DNA from: the human T2T-CHM13v2.0 reference genome, Homo sapiens
Assembly (NCBI GenBank): GCA_009914755.4
Contig: CP068257.2
Span: 44,800,001 to 44,864,000 of the forward strand
Direction: 5' to 3'
Length of the DNA: 64,000 nucleotides
Below the pieces are notes generated by a model. It was not told where the DNA came from. It was given only the letters and a program-made list of their open reading frames with translations, and made no database searches. The translations under genes and the position numbers were made by a program. Position 1 is the stretch's first letter. Each line of letters opens with the position of its first letter. Below are positions 25,470-42,054 of the stretch, piece by piece.

Positions 25470-25610
25470 GGTTTTTTTTCTGAGACAGGGCCTTGCTGCA
25501 TCTCCCAGGCTGGAGTGCAGTGGAGCAGTCACAGCTCACTTCAGCCTTGACCTCCCAGGTTCAGGGATCCTCCTGCCTCAGCCTCCTGACCTGCAGTGGT
25601 GTCAGCAGCA
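25470..25610 (-). mobile_element. Alu fragment (antisense, about 140 bp)
   Basis: ttttttttctgagacagggccttgctgcatctcccaggctggagtgcagtggagcagtcacagctcacttcagccttgacctcccaggttcagggatcctcctgcctcagcctcc. Confidence 0.7.
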
Positions 25611-26209
25611 ACCTGTGCACGTCCTCCCGTACACTCTTAAGTCATCTCTAAGATCACTTGCAGCACCTCATTCAGTGTAAATGCCACGTAAATAGTTGTC
25701 ATCCTGTATTGTTTAGGGTGTAGGGGCAAGAAAAGAAGCACACGTTTGGTACAGACACATCGTTTTTTCTGAATATTTTTCACCCACAGTTGGTTGAATC
25801 CATGGATGTGGAACCCACAGCTGTCGAGAGTTGACTGTGCTTGTAGTTACCAGTGGTTGGCATTTCTAGGACCGGAGAATATGAGAGTGTTTAAGGCTTA
25901 AAGCTTTGAATTTGGGGTGATTTTACAAAGAATTGGTTTTCTGTTTCTGTTAAAATGTACCTTTTTTGCAATCATACTTCAGCAAGTGGCATGTCGTAAT
26001 TACTCCATGTTAATTCTTTGGCTGATCACAGCACGGCGTAACCTAGGCCCTGCTGAGGGGGTGCTGAAGTTGAGGAGGGGCCAGGTGTGGTGTGGTCAGC
26101 CTGGCCTCCCCGCACATGGCCTTCTCCCTCACCTGCCCCCGGCTGCGTCTCTAAGATGCTCTTGTTGACGAGCAGCTCTGTAGACAGCGCTGGCTGTGCT
26201 TCCTTACAG

Positions 26210-26329
26210 AGGTCGGAAAGGTCTGCTTGGAAGCCAGACGAAACGGCTCCACAGAGTTCCCTGAGGCGCCCAGACCCCGGCCGGCTTCCACCAGCTGCCA
26301 GCGAGGAAGCACACACCAGCAATGTCAAG
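26210..26329 (+). CDS. PCNT: PCNT coding exon (120 bp, phase 0->0): RSERSAWKPDETAPQSSLRRPDPGRLPPAASEEAHTSNVK
   Basis: Acceptor tgtgcttccttacag|AGG, donor AAG|gtagga. ORF 26087-26353. Confidence 0.8.
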
Positions 26330-26982
26330 GTAGGAACGGTGCCACGAGTATAGAACTTTGGTGCTTTTTTAAGTCCTGGGTTTGCAAATTGCAGGCAAAG
26401 CATTTTTGTGACCACAAGGTTCTCGTCTGCCGGGTGTAGCAGTCACATCACTAAAGGAAAGGACGTTCACAGAATAAACTTCGGCTTGAATTTTGTTTTA
26501 ATTGTGCACAAATACTGAGTTTCTGTGCTTGTTAAGCGTGGAACGTGGAAGGCTTTGACAAAGTCAGCAAATGGCGGCCTCTGCAGCCTGAGGGAGGCCT
26601 GGCCCAGGGGCTTGCCGGGATTCGGCCCAAGATCTGCTGCAGTCTCCTGATGGCACACGGTCCCCACCCCGTGACGTCCATCTCATGCCCAGTTTGGACC
26701 TTACCTAAGGGGTGAAATGCAAGAAGCTTCATAGGGGCTCATTTGATGATGCTGTGGAGAGGAGCTTGTGGTCCTAGATCTTGTCTGACAAACACAAATT
26801 GATCTTCCAACAGCAAGGTTGTTTCTGGCCACAGATACTGTTGGAAGGCCGATGGCCTCTGTGATGATTTGATGGGAAAAAACAATCTGACTCTTTGGAA
26901 AGAGCAATGGTGTTAATGTGCTTTTGTCAGCAAGACAGTCTTTGTTTCCTATGATAAAATTTTACTGCTTTTTTTCTTCTAG

Positions 26983-27212
26983 ATGGAAAAATTGTACCTG
27001 CATTACTTGAGAGCAGAGAGCTTTAGAAAAGCTCTGATTTATCAAAAGAAGTATCTTTTGCTGTTGATTGGTGGATTCCAGGATTCTGAACAAGAAACAC
27101 TCTCCATGATTGCCCATTTGGGGGTATTTCCTTCCAAAGCAGAACGGAAAATCACATCTCGTCCTTTCACCAGGTTCCGCACGGCCGTCAGGGTGGTCAT
27201 TGCAATATTAAG
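26983..27212 (+). CDS. PCNT: PCNT exon encoding the PACT domain (230 bp, phase 0->2): MEKLYLHYLRAESFRKALIYQKKYLLLLIGGFQDSEQETLSMIAHLGVFPSKAERKITSRPFTRFRTAVRVVIAIL(R)
   Basis: Acceptor ctgctttttttcttctag|ATG, donor TTAAG|gtaaat. The sequence is the recognisable pericentrin PACT motif. ORF 26983-27216. Confidence 0.9.
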
Positions 27213-28624
27213 GTAAATGCCATGACGTTCAGTCAGTGCGTTCCGCGTCTGTCTCCGTGAGTGGGCAGCACACTGCATGGTTTTTTGGTCATTTTATTCC
27301 TTGAAACTCCATAATATGTTCTTTTTAAAGATGAATGGCATTTGAGGCCTTAGAGAAAATACAGATGATGAACTTGTCTTCAAGAAGTCATGTGTATGAA
27401 TCTCTCACCTTCTAAAACTAAAGATTTAAGGGCACCTTTGTATTACAGAGGAACATCTTGACTTTTAATGGGTTTCGTGCCACAAAGAACGTGCTGAATT
27501 TCTAAAACTGTTTTTCCCCCTAAACACTGTGCGGCTGTGCCTGCTCCCTGATGCCACAGAGGTGTTTCCCAAGGCCACGCGCGGGCCTGTCTGGAGTAGC
27601 AGATGCAGCAGAGAGCAGCTAGGAATCCCGCTCCTTTCAGAGACCAGGTGCCGAGCCAGTTCAGTCATCGCGGCTGCAGGCTGGGCCAAAGTGGGGTGCA
27701 GGCGAGGCCTCCTGGGTTGCTGTACTCTCAGCTTCTCTGGTCCTGGGGCACTTTGTCTCCTCGTCTCTGAGCTCCCCTGACCGTAGGCCTCCACCGTCCA
27801 TCCTTCCACCCACCCATCTGTCCATCCTGTGTTCATGGGGAGAACACCCTGCAGGAGGAAGCATTTTAGGCACTAGATAGGGGAGGTAAGCAGACCCAGA
27901 TCCTACCTCCTGTCGAGGAGGGGAGATCTTTTGAAGGCAGTGGTGTCCCAGAAAGGAGCAGTCTCTGTGTCCCTGTGAGGGCACTGCCTAGGGTAGCTGC
28001 CACCAAGGGGCCTTGACAGGTCTTATGGAGGAATCGGCAGTGTCTGCTATGCCTCAAAGGAGGGAAGCCACAGGCATGATGCTTGTTCCGAAGGCCATCC
28101 TAGCAGGGCGTCTGGGGCCCTGCACACTGACCTGCATGCCCTCGTCACCTGCACTCTGCATGCTCACCATCTGACGGACTCCTGCGAGGGCTGGGGTCTC
28201 CGTGTTCTGAGCCTGTCCAGTGGCATCTGTGACAGGATGAAGATGGGAGGGTCCTGCACACCAGGCGGGAGCGGCATGTGTTTCCTAGTCACTGGTGTGG
28301 CCGGCTGACTTTGAACTGGAGTCGTCCTGAGCTGGGCCATGGTGGGTGTCTAGGGGACCATATGGTCCACGGTGGGGCCGCAGTGAGGCTTTGTCAGGTG
28401 GTCGGGCATGGGAAGGTCGCCGCCGCCGGCAGCCCTGCGAGCACTTTGGATGTGTGCACCCGGCATGCCAGGCCCGAGTCAACAGACTGGCCGACCTTGG
28501 CGTCCTGGTCCCCATGGGCAGCGAGGCCCCCATTCTGCTTGTTTGGTCACAGTGGGGTTTTCATTGCTCTTTCCCTTCCTGTCTTGCCGTACTTTTAAGT
28601 GTGTCTTGTCTCTTTTTTTTGTAG

Positions 28625-28701
28625 ATTACGTTTTTTGGTTAAGAAATGGCAAGAAGTAGATCGGAAAGGAGCTCTGGCACAAGGCAAAGCCCCTCGCCCA
28701 G
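28625..28701 (+). CDS. PCNT: PCNT coding exon (77 bp, phase 2->1): (R)LRFLVKKWQEVDRKGALAQGKAPRP(G)
   Basis: Acceptor tctcttttttttgtag|A, donor CCAG|gtggga. AG from the previous exon plus A gives Arg. Continues the basic/hydrophobic segment after PACT (VVIAILRLRFLVKKW). Confidence 0.85.
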
Positions 28702-29364
28702 GTGGGACTCCAGCTGCTGTTGACCGCTGGACTCACAAACCTTTCTTTCTACTCTTGTTTTTCATTCACTTTGGGTCATTTTTCAGTGTTGATGGGGACG
28801 TAATAAAGCACGGTAAGAAAATCCGTGAATTCCGTCAGGGCAGTCGTCCAGAGGGAAGGCGCGCCCGGCGTAGGGAGGTCAGAGCTCATGTTAGCTATGA
28901 ACACAGGTCACAGGGGCGTACGGCGATGGGAAACACTGAGATGCTCAATATATTGATTATTTAATAGTGTTTAGCAAAATGGTCTTTTTTTATTCCTTAA
29001 ATCAACTGAAACTCACTTCACGTCTCTTTCCTTGTAGAGCATCATGCTTATTTCTGGCTCACTCACATCTTTGTCTCGGGAGTTCTCTGCCGAGCCATTG
29101 CCCCCTACAGCAGAGAGCACAGCTGGCTGCACTAGTGCTGAAGGAGCCAGCCCCAGAGCAGGGCATTTCCAGGGGCTCTTGTCCCAGAGCGGCAGGCGTT
29201 GTGTGCAGAGAACGCCCCTCCCACGCAGCACAGAGAACGCGGGGTGGGTGTGTGGCTCCGGGCCTGTGGGGCTTAGGCTGCCTGAACCACCGCCGACTGG
29301 CACCATGACTCGGCATTCCTGGAAGTGCCTTACCAAGTTGTTGTTGTTGTTTTGTTGTTTTTTA

Positions 29365-29510
29365 AGAGACGGGCTTGCTCTATCATCCAGGCTCGAGTGC
29401 AATGGCACAGTCACAGCTCACTGCAGCCTTGAACTCGTGGGCTCAAGCCATCCTCCTGTGTCAGCCTCCCTAGTACCTGGGACTGTGGGCATGAGCACTG
29501 CGCCTGGCAG
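29365..29510 (-). mobile_element. Alu-related monomer fragment (antisense)
   Basis: ttttttaagagacgggcttgctctatcatccaggctcgagtgcaatggcacagtcacagctcactgcagccttgaactcgtgggctcaagccatcctcctgtgtcagcctccctagtacctgggactgtgggcatgagcactgcgcctggc. Confidence 0.7.
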
Positions 29511-29937
29511 CTGTATCAGTGTTGACTCCACATTTTAATAGTTGCTTCTTGAAATTAAAATGCTTTGATTCAGCCTTCAAGCCATCAGGAAAGTTTGCCC
29601 CTCTGAGTCACACCTGGTGGTCTCCAGGGTTCCTGCCCCTCCCTCCTGAGCCAGCTCCTCAGAGCGGATAGAGGCAGGACCCCCACCCAGGTCTTGAGAC
29701 CCCCCTGCCCCGCACTCCCCCGGAGACGGGCTACCCCTGCAGATGCAGATAGTCAAAGCTCAGGTTTCTTCCAAAGCTTTTAAAAAGATATTGTACCTTG
29801 AGCACTTTAAAAATGTCTTAAAATTGCCATACAGGCTCTTAAAAGCTTATACGTTTAAACTGTTGATAGATGGGCCTTTACTAAAATGCATTCATTTATT
29901 TTCCTAATCCCTTGGTTGTTAAATAATTCTGGGGAAG

Positions 29938-30076
29938 GGCCCCGAGCACGACAGCCGCAGTCTCCACCCAGAACCAGAGAGTCCCCCCCAACCCGGGATG
30001 TACCCTCTGGCCACACCAGGGACCCTGCCAGAGGCCGCAGACTGGCAGCAGCAGCCTCCCCACACAGTGGGGGAAG
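29938..30076 (+). CDS. PCNT: PCNT coding exon (139 bp, phase 1->2): (G)PRARQPQSPPRTRESPPTRDVPSGHTRDPARGRRLAAAASPHSGG(R)
   Basis: Acceptor ...aataattctggggaag|GG (pyrimidine tract 20-40 nt upstream), donor GGAAG|gtcagt. ORF 29886-30086. Confidence 0.75.
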
Positions 30077-30818
30077 GTCAGTGTGATGCCTTCAGGCCCC
30101 GTCTCCTGCCAGGGCTCTCCCTCCAGCCTACATAGGGCCTCAGAGAAATGCATTTTTAGTTCTGGCTTTGGCCCAGCCCAGGGCAAGGCAGGAAACTCTC
30201 CAGCGTGAGTCCGTGAGGGCCAAGAAGTCCCGCCCTGTTCTGGGGGAGGACCTGGCTTTTCTGGTGTCTCTGGTGCCCGAGAGCCCGGTGCTGCCATCTT
30301 TAGTGAAAGAGTAAATGGTGGCCGAGGGCTCCTTTTGTGAGGGATGTGCCTTGGTGAAGAAGGCATGTTCCCTGCCGTGAAGATACTTGGAAGCTCTGGG
30401 TGGAGAGGGAAAAGGGATACCCCTGGTGCTCCCTGGGCCTGGCGGAAGGCTAGGAGGAAGGACAGCTGAGGTGAGGACTGAGTGGGGCAGGTATCACCCT
30501 GACAAACAGTTTGGGAAGATCAGGAAAGGCAGGTGAGACCTGGTGCAGAATCCAGGTTGGGTAATAGATACATCGTCGAAGATGTAGCAAGCAAAGTAAT
30601 ATACTCAACTCTGGAACATTGCACAGAAGCTTTTAAAGCACTCTGTGACACTTTTTGTAATGAGGGATCTAAAGGAAACGGCCCCAGAGTCACCCATCCC
30701 CACGGGTCTGGTTGGCGGGGCTGGTGCCTTTCTTCTGCACTCAGTCACCATGGCTCCGTCTGTCAAACTCAACTCTTTTTTTTTTTTTTCTTCTCTTGGT
30801 GTGGTAATTTGTTTGAAG

Positions 30819-30946
30819 AGCCACTCCATCCCCAAATTCAAGATTAGAAAGATCCCTGACTGCTTCTCAAGATCCAGAACATTCCTTGACAGAGTATATT
30901 CACCATTTAGAAGTGATCCAGCAAAGATTGGGAGGGGTACTACCAG
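30819..30946 (+). CDS. PCNT: PCNT penultimate coding exon (128 bp, phase 2->1): (R)ATPSPNSRLERSLTASQDPEHSLTEYIHHLEVIQQRLGGVLP
   Basis: Acceptor tttgaag|AGCC, donor CCAG|gtaatg. Frame-consistent with the terminal exon. Confidence 0.82.
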
Positions 30947-31409
30947 GTAATGCAAGTCCTCGCCGAGTATTTATTAAGCTGATTATCACTGTACCCTGGA
31001 AACGTAGGGTCTGTTGAAAGATGGCTGGTATTCAGCTTAGTAACCAAAGTTTCAGTCTGAACAATCAGTGTCACTAATAGTATTAGAATAGAGGCTACAA
31101 GTGAAGAATCTCACAGAAGTCTAAGCCAGTGTACTCAGTGATACGTGCTGAGGTCAGTTTGACTTAATCACCGTCTGGACTTTTTTTGTCCTTTCTCTTA
31201 CATTGATAGCGAACATAAAGATTATATTTCGACCAGGATATAATTTGTTCAGTGTTTCTTAAATATCATAATTTAAACCACTGTATAATTCATATTTTTA
31301 CCAAAATTTACATGAATTCAGTGATAGTGTTTCAAAATTGTGGAATTCTTTTCAAAAAATCTGTGAAGCCTTGTAACCAATTTGCTGCCTCATTTTTATT
31401 TATATGCAG

Positions 31410-31453
31410 ATTCTACTTCAAAGAAATCCTGCCACCCGATGATTAAACAGTGA
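31410..31453 (+). CDS. PCNT: PCNT terminal coding segment: (D)STSKKSCHPMIKQ*, stop TGA at 31451-31453. 3'UTR continues to about 31888.
   Basis: Acceptor tttatttatatgcag|AT. The G from the previous exon plus AT gives Asp. Stop codon present. Downstream AATAAA at 31837 and 31863 with a GT-rich tract about 31880-31895. Confidence 0.85.
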
Positions 31454-31862
31454 ATAAAATGTCATGGCTCTTTCCTGCGACAATTCTATTTGAGGAAAAG
31501 ATTTGTTTTTCCCTTTTCCCAAGGAAGCTCGTGGGACAGCATGGGCACTACTCTTCATGTGCGGTGACACCAGCCCCCAGATGCCTTGAATTAAGTGTCC
31601 TCACCTTTATGCATGACTGCAAAGCCAGCTGGAGCATTTTCTATGGAGCCTCCGTATGTTTTAGGCCCATGACCTTCGTGAGGTGACGGGCACTCACTCC
31701 CATGAGCCCTGGCTGTGTGCTGTTGTGTGCCTATCGGCAGATCCATCCTTCCTGCCTCCAAGGAGGATACACAGAGAATGGCTTCCTGTTGTTTTGTTTA
31801 TTTTCTTAACGTGTACAGATGGAAACTTCATTTAAAAATAAAAACAAAACAACTCAAAAAGG

Positions 31863-31868
31863 AATAAA
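31863..31868 (+). terminator. PCNT: Probable PCNT polyadenylation signal (AATAAA), cleavage about 31885. Alternative hexamers at 31837-31842 and one overlapping the stop codon at 31453-31458.
   Basis: ggAATAAAatttaatcactgttttgtttgtg: hexamer plus downstream U/GU-rich element. About 410 nt after the stop. Confidence 0.5.
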
Positions 31869-32041
31869 ATTTAATCACTGTTTTGTTTGTGAATAGCCCT
31901 TGTGTTGTTTTTTTTTTCCATTTTATCCATTTTATCAGTTTGCCTTTCTCACTGACTAAAAAATTGAGCAGAGAGTTTATGTTAAACTCGTAAGTCAAAA
32001 ATTTTCAGTGGAACCCGGAGCATTCTTGAATAGCCACTTGA

Positions 32042-32443
<402 letters not shown>

Positions 32444-32509
32444 TAGACTAGACAGTAATACCTAGCCAAGGACCCTTTATCCAAAAATGTACTAGATGGG
32501 TATAATTTT

Positions 32510-32945
32510 TTTATTTTTAGAGACAAGGTCTCGCTCTGTCACCCAGGCTGGAGTACAGTGGCACAATCACAACTCACTGCAGCCTTGACCTACCAAGCCC
32601 AAATGATCCGCCTGCTTAGCCTCCCGAGTAGTTGGGACTACAGGTGCGCACCACCACGCCTGGCACTAATTTTCGTATTTCTTTTAGAGACAAGGTTTCA
32701 CTTTGTTTCCCGGCCTGGTTTCAAGCTCCTGGCTCAAGCAATCCTACTGTCTCTGCCTCCCGAGTAGCTGGGAGTACAGGCACGCACTGCCACATTGAGC
32801 TAGTTGTTTTTTTTTTTTTTTTTTTTTTAAGTAGAGATGGAGTTTCACTCTGTTGCCCACACTGGTCTTGAACCCCTAGCTTCAAGTGATCCTCCTGCCT
32901 TGGCCTCCCAAAGTGCTGGGAATACAGGCTCAAGACACTGTGTCC
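32510..32945 (-). mobile_element. Composite of two antisense Alu units (about 435 bp) joined by a poly-T
   Basis: ttttagagacaaggtctcgctctgtcacccaggctggagtacagtggcacaatcacaactcactgcagcc...t(26)aagtagagatggagtttcactctgttgcccacactggtcttgaacccc...gctgggaatacaggctcaagacactgtgtccagcc. Confidence 0.85.
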
Positions 32946-33104
32946 AGCCCTAACTTATAGTTTATTGAAGGAAAAATAAATGAAACCATGAGGAAAAAGA
33001 TGAACATGGGCTATTCTACAGTTAACTGCCCTCGTTTCATCAAAGACAATGGGACATGAATGTGAGGAGCCTGTTCTAGCTTGAAGCCAAGAAGCTGTCA
33101 GCCG

Positions 33105-33335
33105 GGTGTGGTGGCTCACACCTGTAATCCCAGCACTTTGGGAGGTCGAGGTGGCCAGATCACAAGGTCAGGAGTTTGAGACCAGCCTAACCAACATGGC
33201 AAAACCCGGTCTCTACTAAAAATACAAAAATTAGCCGGGTGTGGTGGCAGGCCCCTGTAATCCCAGCTACTCGGGAGGCTGAGGCAGGAGGATCACTTGA
33301 ACCCAGGAGGCGGAGGCTGCACTGAGCCGAAAGTC
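33105..33335 (+). mobile_element. Alu (sense, 3'-truncated)
   Basis: gccgggtgtggtggctcacacctgtaatcccagcactttgggaggtcgaggtggccagatcacaaggtcaggagtttgagaccagcc...ggaggcggaggctgcactgagccgaaag. Confidence 0.88.
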
Positions 33336-34214
33336 CTCGGTACCAAAAGGTGCCAGTGAAGACACTAGATTGCAGATAAGGATGTTCCTGTTTTCATTGT
33401 GTATGAGCCACCCAGTTTCCCTCAAAAATTGGGATCAATAGCACCAGTTAGTGCAGTAACTCCATCCCTGGGTGTTGGCTCAGGCAGCAGTCTCAACTGC
33501 TAGTTCAAAGTTCAAAATACCACCATTGTCGTACCTGGTAGAAGCAGTCCTCCCTTGGGACAGTGGAGTTCAGAGTTACAAGATGAGAAGCAAAAATTCC
33601 TTCTGGGGTTACTTGGCATAACAGTAAGAGGGGCCATTCCTATCTGCAGCCCTTAGGTTTCCAAGCCAGCATATGCTGGCTGTGGGAGAAGTAGCACTAG
33701 GTATTGTTCAGTTAAAGCCTATACCACATCCTGTATTATAACATCCATATTGACAGGGCATTGTCTCCAATCTGGCATCATAACTGAGCCTTCGGGAGGC
33801 CTTTCCACCATCCACTAAGCAAGCTACTTCTGACTGATAGGAGTTTGGGGTAAGATGAGGGCATCGTACAACCACATGCTTAGAGCCACACTTGCTCTCA
33901 GAAGAGTTTTCTGGTTAGAAGCGATGATGAATTAGGAATTTGGGAAGTCTGCAAATGAGTGTTGGGCGGGAAAAGCAAATTCATATGCAGAATAGGAATG
34001 GATAGATGCAGGGGGACAGCAGAGCTGGAGAACTGCATGGGAGCCTGGGCTACCGTTCATGCTGCCTGCTGCCGCCTCCCTGACCTGCTGGAGGCTTGTC
34101 TCCTTTTCTAACACGAGCTGCCTGTCCTACAGTTCCATTCTGACACTACCTAGAGTCAGAATGGACACAGTTCCCACAAGTTAAGGACAAAGTCCTTCCA
34201 TTTTTAATTAATTT

Positions 34215-34337
34215 ATTTTTGTAGAGATGGGGGGTCTCCCTGTTGCCCAGGCTGGTCTCGAATTCCTGGGCTCAAGTGATCCTATCTTGGCCTCCCAAAG
34301 TGCTGGGATTACAGGCGTGAACCACAGTGCCTGGCCT
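34215..34337 (-). mobile_element. Alu fragment (antisense, about 120 bp)
   Basis: gtagagatggggggtctccctgttgcccaggctggtctcgaattcctgggctcaagtgatcctatcttggcctcccaaagtgctgggattacaggcgtgaaccacagtgcctggcc. Confidence 0.75.
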
Positions 34338-34689
34338 AAAGTCCTTCAATTCTGGTACTACCTGGAGTCAGCACAGACCCTAAAAGCTAAGGACTCAGTC
34401 TCCACGTCAGACGTCAGCCACAAGTGGTGTTTCCAGGCTACCCGCAATTCTGCCCAGCCAATTTATAAGTTTGTGGGGTTTTCAGCCCCACCCCTGTAGG
34501 TTTAATAATTTACTAGAATGATGCAAAGTACTATTCTTGGGATTACCAGTTTATTATACAGGGTACAACAAAGGAACAGCCAAATGGAAGAGGTGAGCAG
34601 GACAGGTATGGGGCTCAGAGCTTCTGTGTCCACTGCAGGCGTGCTGCCCTCCCAGCACTATCGGGGGAACCCATCCCCAATATTTCAAC

Positions 34690-35695
<1,006 letters not shown>

Positions 35696-36204
35696 ATGCA
35701 CGTTTTACAATCGATTTGTACAGTTAATGCAATCATCACAGTGGACCTGAGGTGACATACATCCTCAGCTTACGAAGATAACAGGATTGAGATTAGACAG
35801 GCATAAGAAATTATAAGAGTATTACTAGGAAGTGATAAACGTCCATGAAATCTTCACAATTTATGTCCCTCTGCCGCGGCTCCAGCCGGTCCCTCGGTTT
35901 GGGGTCCCTGACTTCCCGCAACACAGCACAACCCAGAACCTCTGTAAGCCTCATTGGCTAAGAGTTTTTATCAAGGCCTCATTACATAGTCATGATGGAT
36001 TGGATTATTGATCACATGATTGAACTTAAACTCCAACCCCCTCCCCTCTCCAGAGGTTTGAGGGTGGGGCTGAAAATCCTAATCCTCCAATCATGTGGTT
36101 GGGTCCTCTGGTGTCCAGCCCCCACCTTGAAGGGGCCCCACCACAATCACCTCAAAAGCCTGAATAGAAAACTTTTAATGACTGCACCTGGGATGGATGC
36201 CTGA

Positions 36205-36910
36205 TATGGTTTGGATCTGTGTGTCTGCCCAATCTCATGCTGAATTCTAATCCCTAATGTTGGAGGTGGGACCTGGTGGGAGGTTACTGGATCATGGGGA
36301 CAGTTCCTCGTGAATGGTTTAACACCTGGGTGCTGTCCTCAGACAGTGAATGAGTTCTCACGAGATCTGGTTGTTCAAGTGTGTGGCACCTCCATCCTCT
36401 CTCTGCCTCCTAATACAGCCATGTGAAGTGCCTTGCTCCCCCTTTGTCTTCTGCCATGATTGGAAGCTTCCTGAGGCCTCCCCAAAGGAAAAGCCACTAT
36501 GCTTACTGTACAGCCTGCAGAACCGTGAGCCAAATATACCTCTTTTCTTTATAAATTATCCAGTCTCAGGCATTTTTTTTTTTTAGATGGAGACTTGCTC
36601 TGTCACCCAGGCTTAAATGGCACAATCTTGGCTCACTGCAACCTCCGCCTCCCGGGTTCAAGCAATTATCCTGTCTCAGCCTCCTGAGTAGCTGAGACTA
36701 CAGGTGCACGCCACCAGGCCCGACTAATTTTTGTACTTTTAGTAGAGACAGAGTTTCACCATATTGGTCAGGCTGGTCTCGAACTCCTGACCTCAGGTGA
36801 TCCACCGGCTTTGGCCTCCCAAAGTGCTGGGATTACAGGCCTCAGCCACCACACCTGGCCTCAGGCATTTCTTTATAGCAGTGTGAGAACAAATACAGTG
36901 CCTCACAGAG
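36205..36910 (+). mobile_element. MaLR (THE1/MST-family) LTR, interrupted by an Alu at 36575-36862
   Basis: tgatatggtttggatctgtgtgtctgcccaatctcatgctgaattctaatccc...ccatgattggaagcttcctgaggcctcccc...tctttataaattatccagtctcaggcatttctttatagcagtgtgagaac matches the THE1/MST LTR consensus pattern. Confidence 0.75.
36575..36862 (-). mobile_element. Alu (antisense) inserted into the THE1/MST LTR
   Basis: ttttttttttagatggagacttgctctgtcacccaggcttaaatggcacaatcttggctcactgcaacctccgcc...gggattacaggcctcagccaccacacctggcc. Confidence 0.9.
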
Positions 36911-37289
36911 AGATGCTGATTCTCAAAACCCAACAATACCACCTTGCTTGCAGACCCCCAAGACTCTGATCCCAATACAGCCCACAGAAGCATGAGGCAT
37001 ACCATAGGAGGACAGCCTATACACAAATCATTAAACTGGACATAAACAGCATTCCACTGAAACTGGAAATAATATACACAAAACTATGCCTGAACAGATT
37101 CAGAAGGCATAAGTATGTGACCCAAGTGAGTGACCAAACACATGCTGCCGCCTCTTCTACTTCACACCCCTCAGTCTACATCTGTGGTTTCACGGGACGC
37201 TCCCTAGGACCAGTTGACAGAAGACGAAAAAATACAGGTTTGTTCTACCAACGGATCCATACGGTATGGTGGCATGAACCATAAATAGT

Positions 37290-37597
<308 letters not shown>

Positions 37598-37599
37598 CT

Positions 37600-40160
<2,561 letters not shown>

Positions 40161-40919
40161 AGGGATACTTCTTAGATGAGTTTGCAGCAGTGTACCCAAA
40201 ACAACTACTGGTTGACAGCAAATAGAGTAGGCTGCCATTCTCCAGGATCCTTGTGACTTCTGCAGGGGTCATGCTGGTAAATTAAAAATGTTGGTAACCA
40301 CCACTTTACATCACTTGGATCCTTAGAAGTGGCACTTATCTCTGCCATTCCCGCTCTGGGATAATTGTTTTATAATCTTGGTAGGGGATGGGGCAGTTTC
40401 AGGTTTCTGTTTGGCTTTTTCCATTTTGTTATCTAACTCTATAGGTCAGGGACCTGGAATGAGCATTCACTGCCAAGTATGTCAATGCCAATTACTCACT
40501 CGAAGGCTAAGAAAATATCACTAGATCAGTCCACTAGGTCTATGGGTCCACTGTAAGCTGGACCTTTAGCAGAACTCCATCAATTACCTGGCCACCACAT
40601 GCAGCCACTCTAACAGAAGGGGATGATATTCTAGGCATCTGGACATCAATTTAGACCCTGTGTCCACAAGTCTTCCAAATGTTTGGCTAATCACTTTTCT
40701 CCAGGATGTAGTTATCAAAAGAAATTGCTATCAGACCCTTTGGAAAAGTACCTGGGGATTCATTTCTGTTGTACTTGTACTGTTATAGGTCCTTCTTCCT
40801 GGTGTTTGGCCACCTCTCAAGTAATGTTTCCATTTCTGAAAACTGGCTCAGTTCCAGAAGCTGGGCATGGAATCCTGATTTTTTAAAACTGGGACAAGCA
40901 TCTTTATTTATTTTTTTCA

Positions 40920-41065
40920 ATTGAGACAGTCTTGCCACATTGCCCGGGCTGGAGTGCAGTGGTGCAACCACAGCTCACTGTAATCTTGAACTCCTGGGCT
41001 CAAGTGATCCTCCCACCTTAGCTTCCCCAAATGCTGAGATTACAGGCACAGGCCACCGTGCCTGG
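40920..41065 (-). mobile_element. Alu monomer fragment (antisense)
   Basis: ttgagacagtcttgccacattgcccgggctggagtgcagtggtgcaaccacagctcactgtaatcttgaactcctgggctcaagtgatcctcccaccttagcttccccaaatgctgagattacaggcacaggccaccgtgcctgg. Confidence 0.75.
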
Positions 41066-42054
41066 ATGGATTTTTTTTTTTTTTTTTTTTTTTGCCAGCT
41101 GAGTAGTACCCTTCTTAGCTGCCCACCTGTTTTGCCTCCAGGGATGCCATGTTTATTGACCAGTTCTATAACCATACAAGTGAGGTCCCCTTGGCTGCCA
41201 CTCAGACCCTGCTGGCTGCTATAATTGCAATCCTCTGACTTCTGCCAGCTAAGTGTTGCCTTTGGCTTCTTGGGTTTTTTTCTTTGGTCCCCACTATGTC
41301 CCAGAATGGCCTCTTTTGTCTTAGGATCCTATCATCCCCAGTGCTATCACCCAGCCAAGTTCTGGAACAGCCTTTCTATTGTCATTCTTGCCTACAGAGA
41401 TGAGCCATCACTGAATATTTTAGTGACATCAGTGCCCCTTTCATCATCCTATGTCTAATGATCTTTATAAATGACGTGTTATTTACACCTTCATGTGGAA
41501 TATGATCGTCTCAAATGTCTTCTAGATGCACGGAGTATATAAATTTCAACATGCCCACACCCCTGAACCTTTTACTCCCTTCCACCACTGTCTGCCATAG
41601 CAATTTTGCCATTTCAATTTTGCTTACCATGGCCCATGGCTTTTTCCAAGTGTGGTGTTTTAAAAATATACTGGCAAATTTTTTGATATTCTTCCCTTTA
41701 GAAGATGAAGCCTAATTCCTCTCCTTTTGAATATGGGTAATTTAGTGACTCATTTCTTCCAAATAGGAAGTAGCCGAAGTGATGGTATGCAACTTCTGAG
41801 GCTGGTTCACAAAAAGGATACAGCTTTCTTTTGTCCTTTGTCTTTAGATTGCCCTTGGAATCCAGCCATCATATTGTGAGAAAGCCTCGGCCACAGGGAC
41901 CGGCCGTGTAGGGGTGTGCTGGCTGACATCCCCAATCTGGGCTGCAGCCAATCTCCAGTATCAGCTGTCAGACATTCGAGCAGATGAACCTTCACTCATT
42001 CCAACCTCTAGCCTCTGAACTGCTCCAGCTGAGGCCTCAGACACTGTGGAAGAG

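Noticed and set aside
36890-37285. Possible L1/other interspersed repeat between the THE1 LTR and the Alu at 37290
   Set aside because: I could not match it confidently to any consensus by eye.
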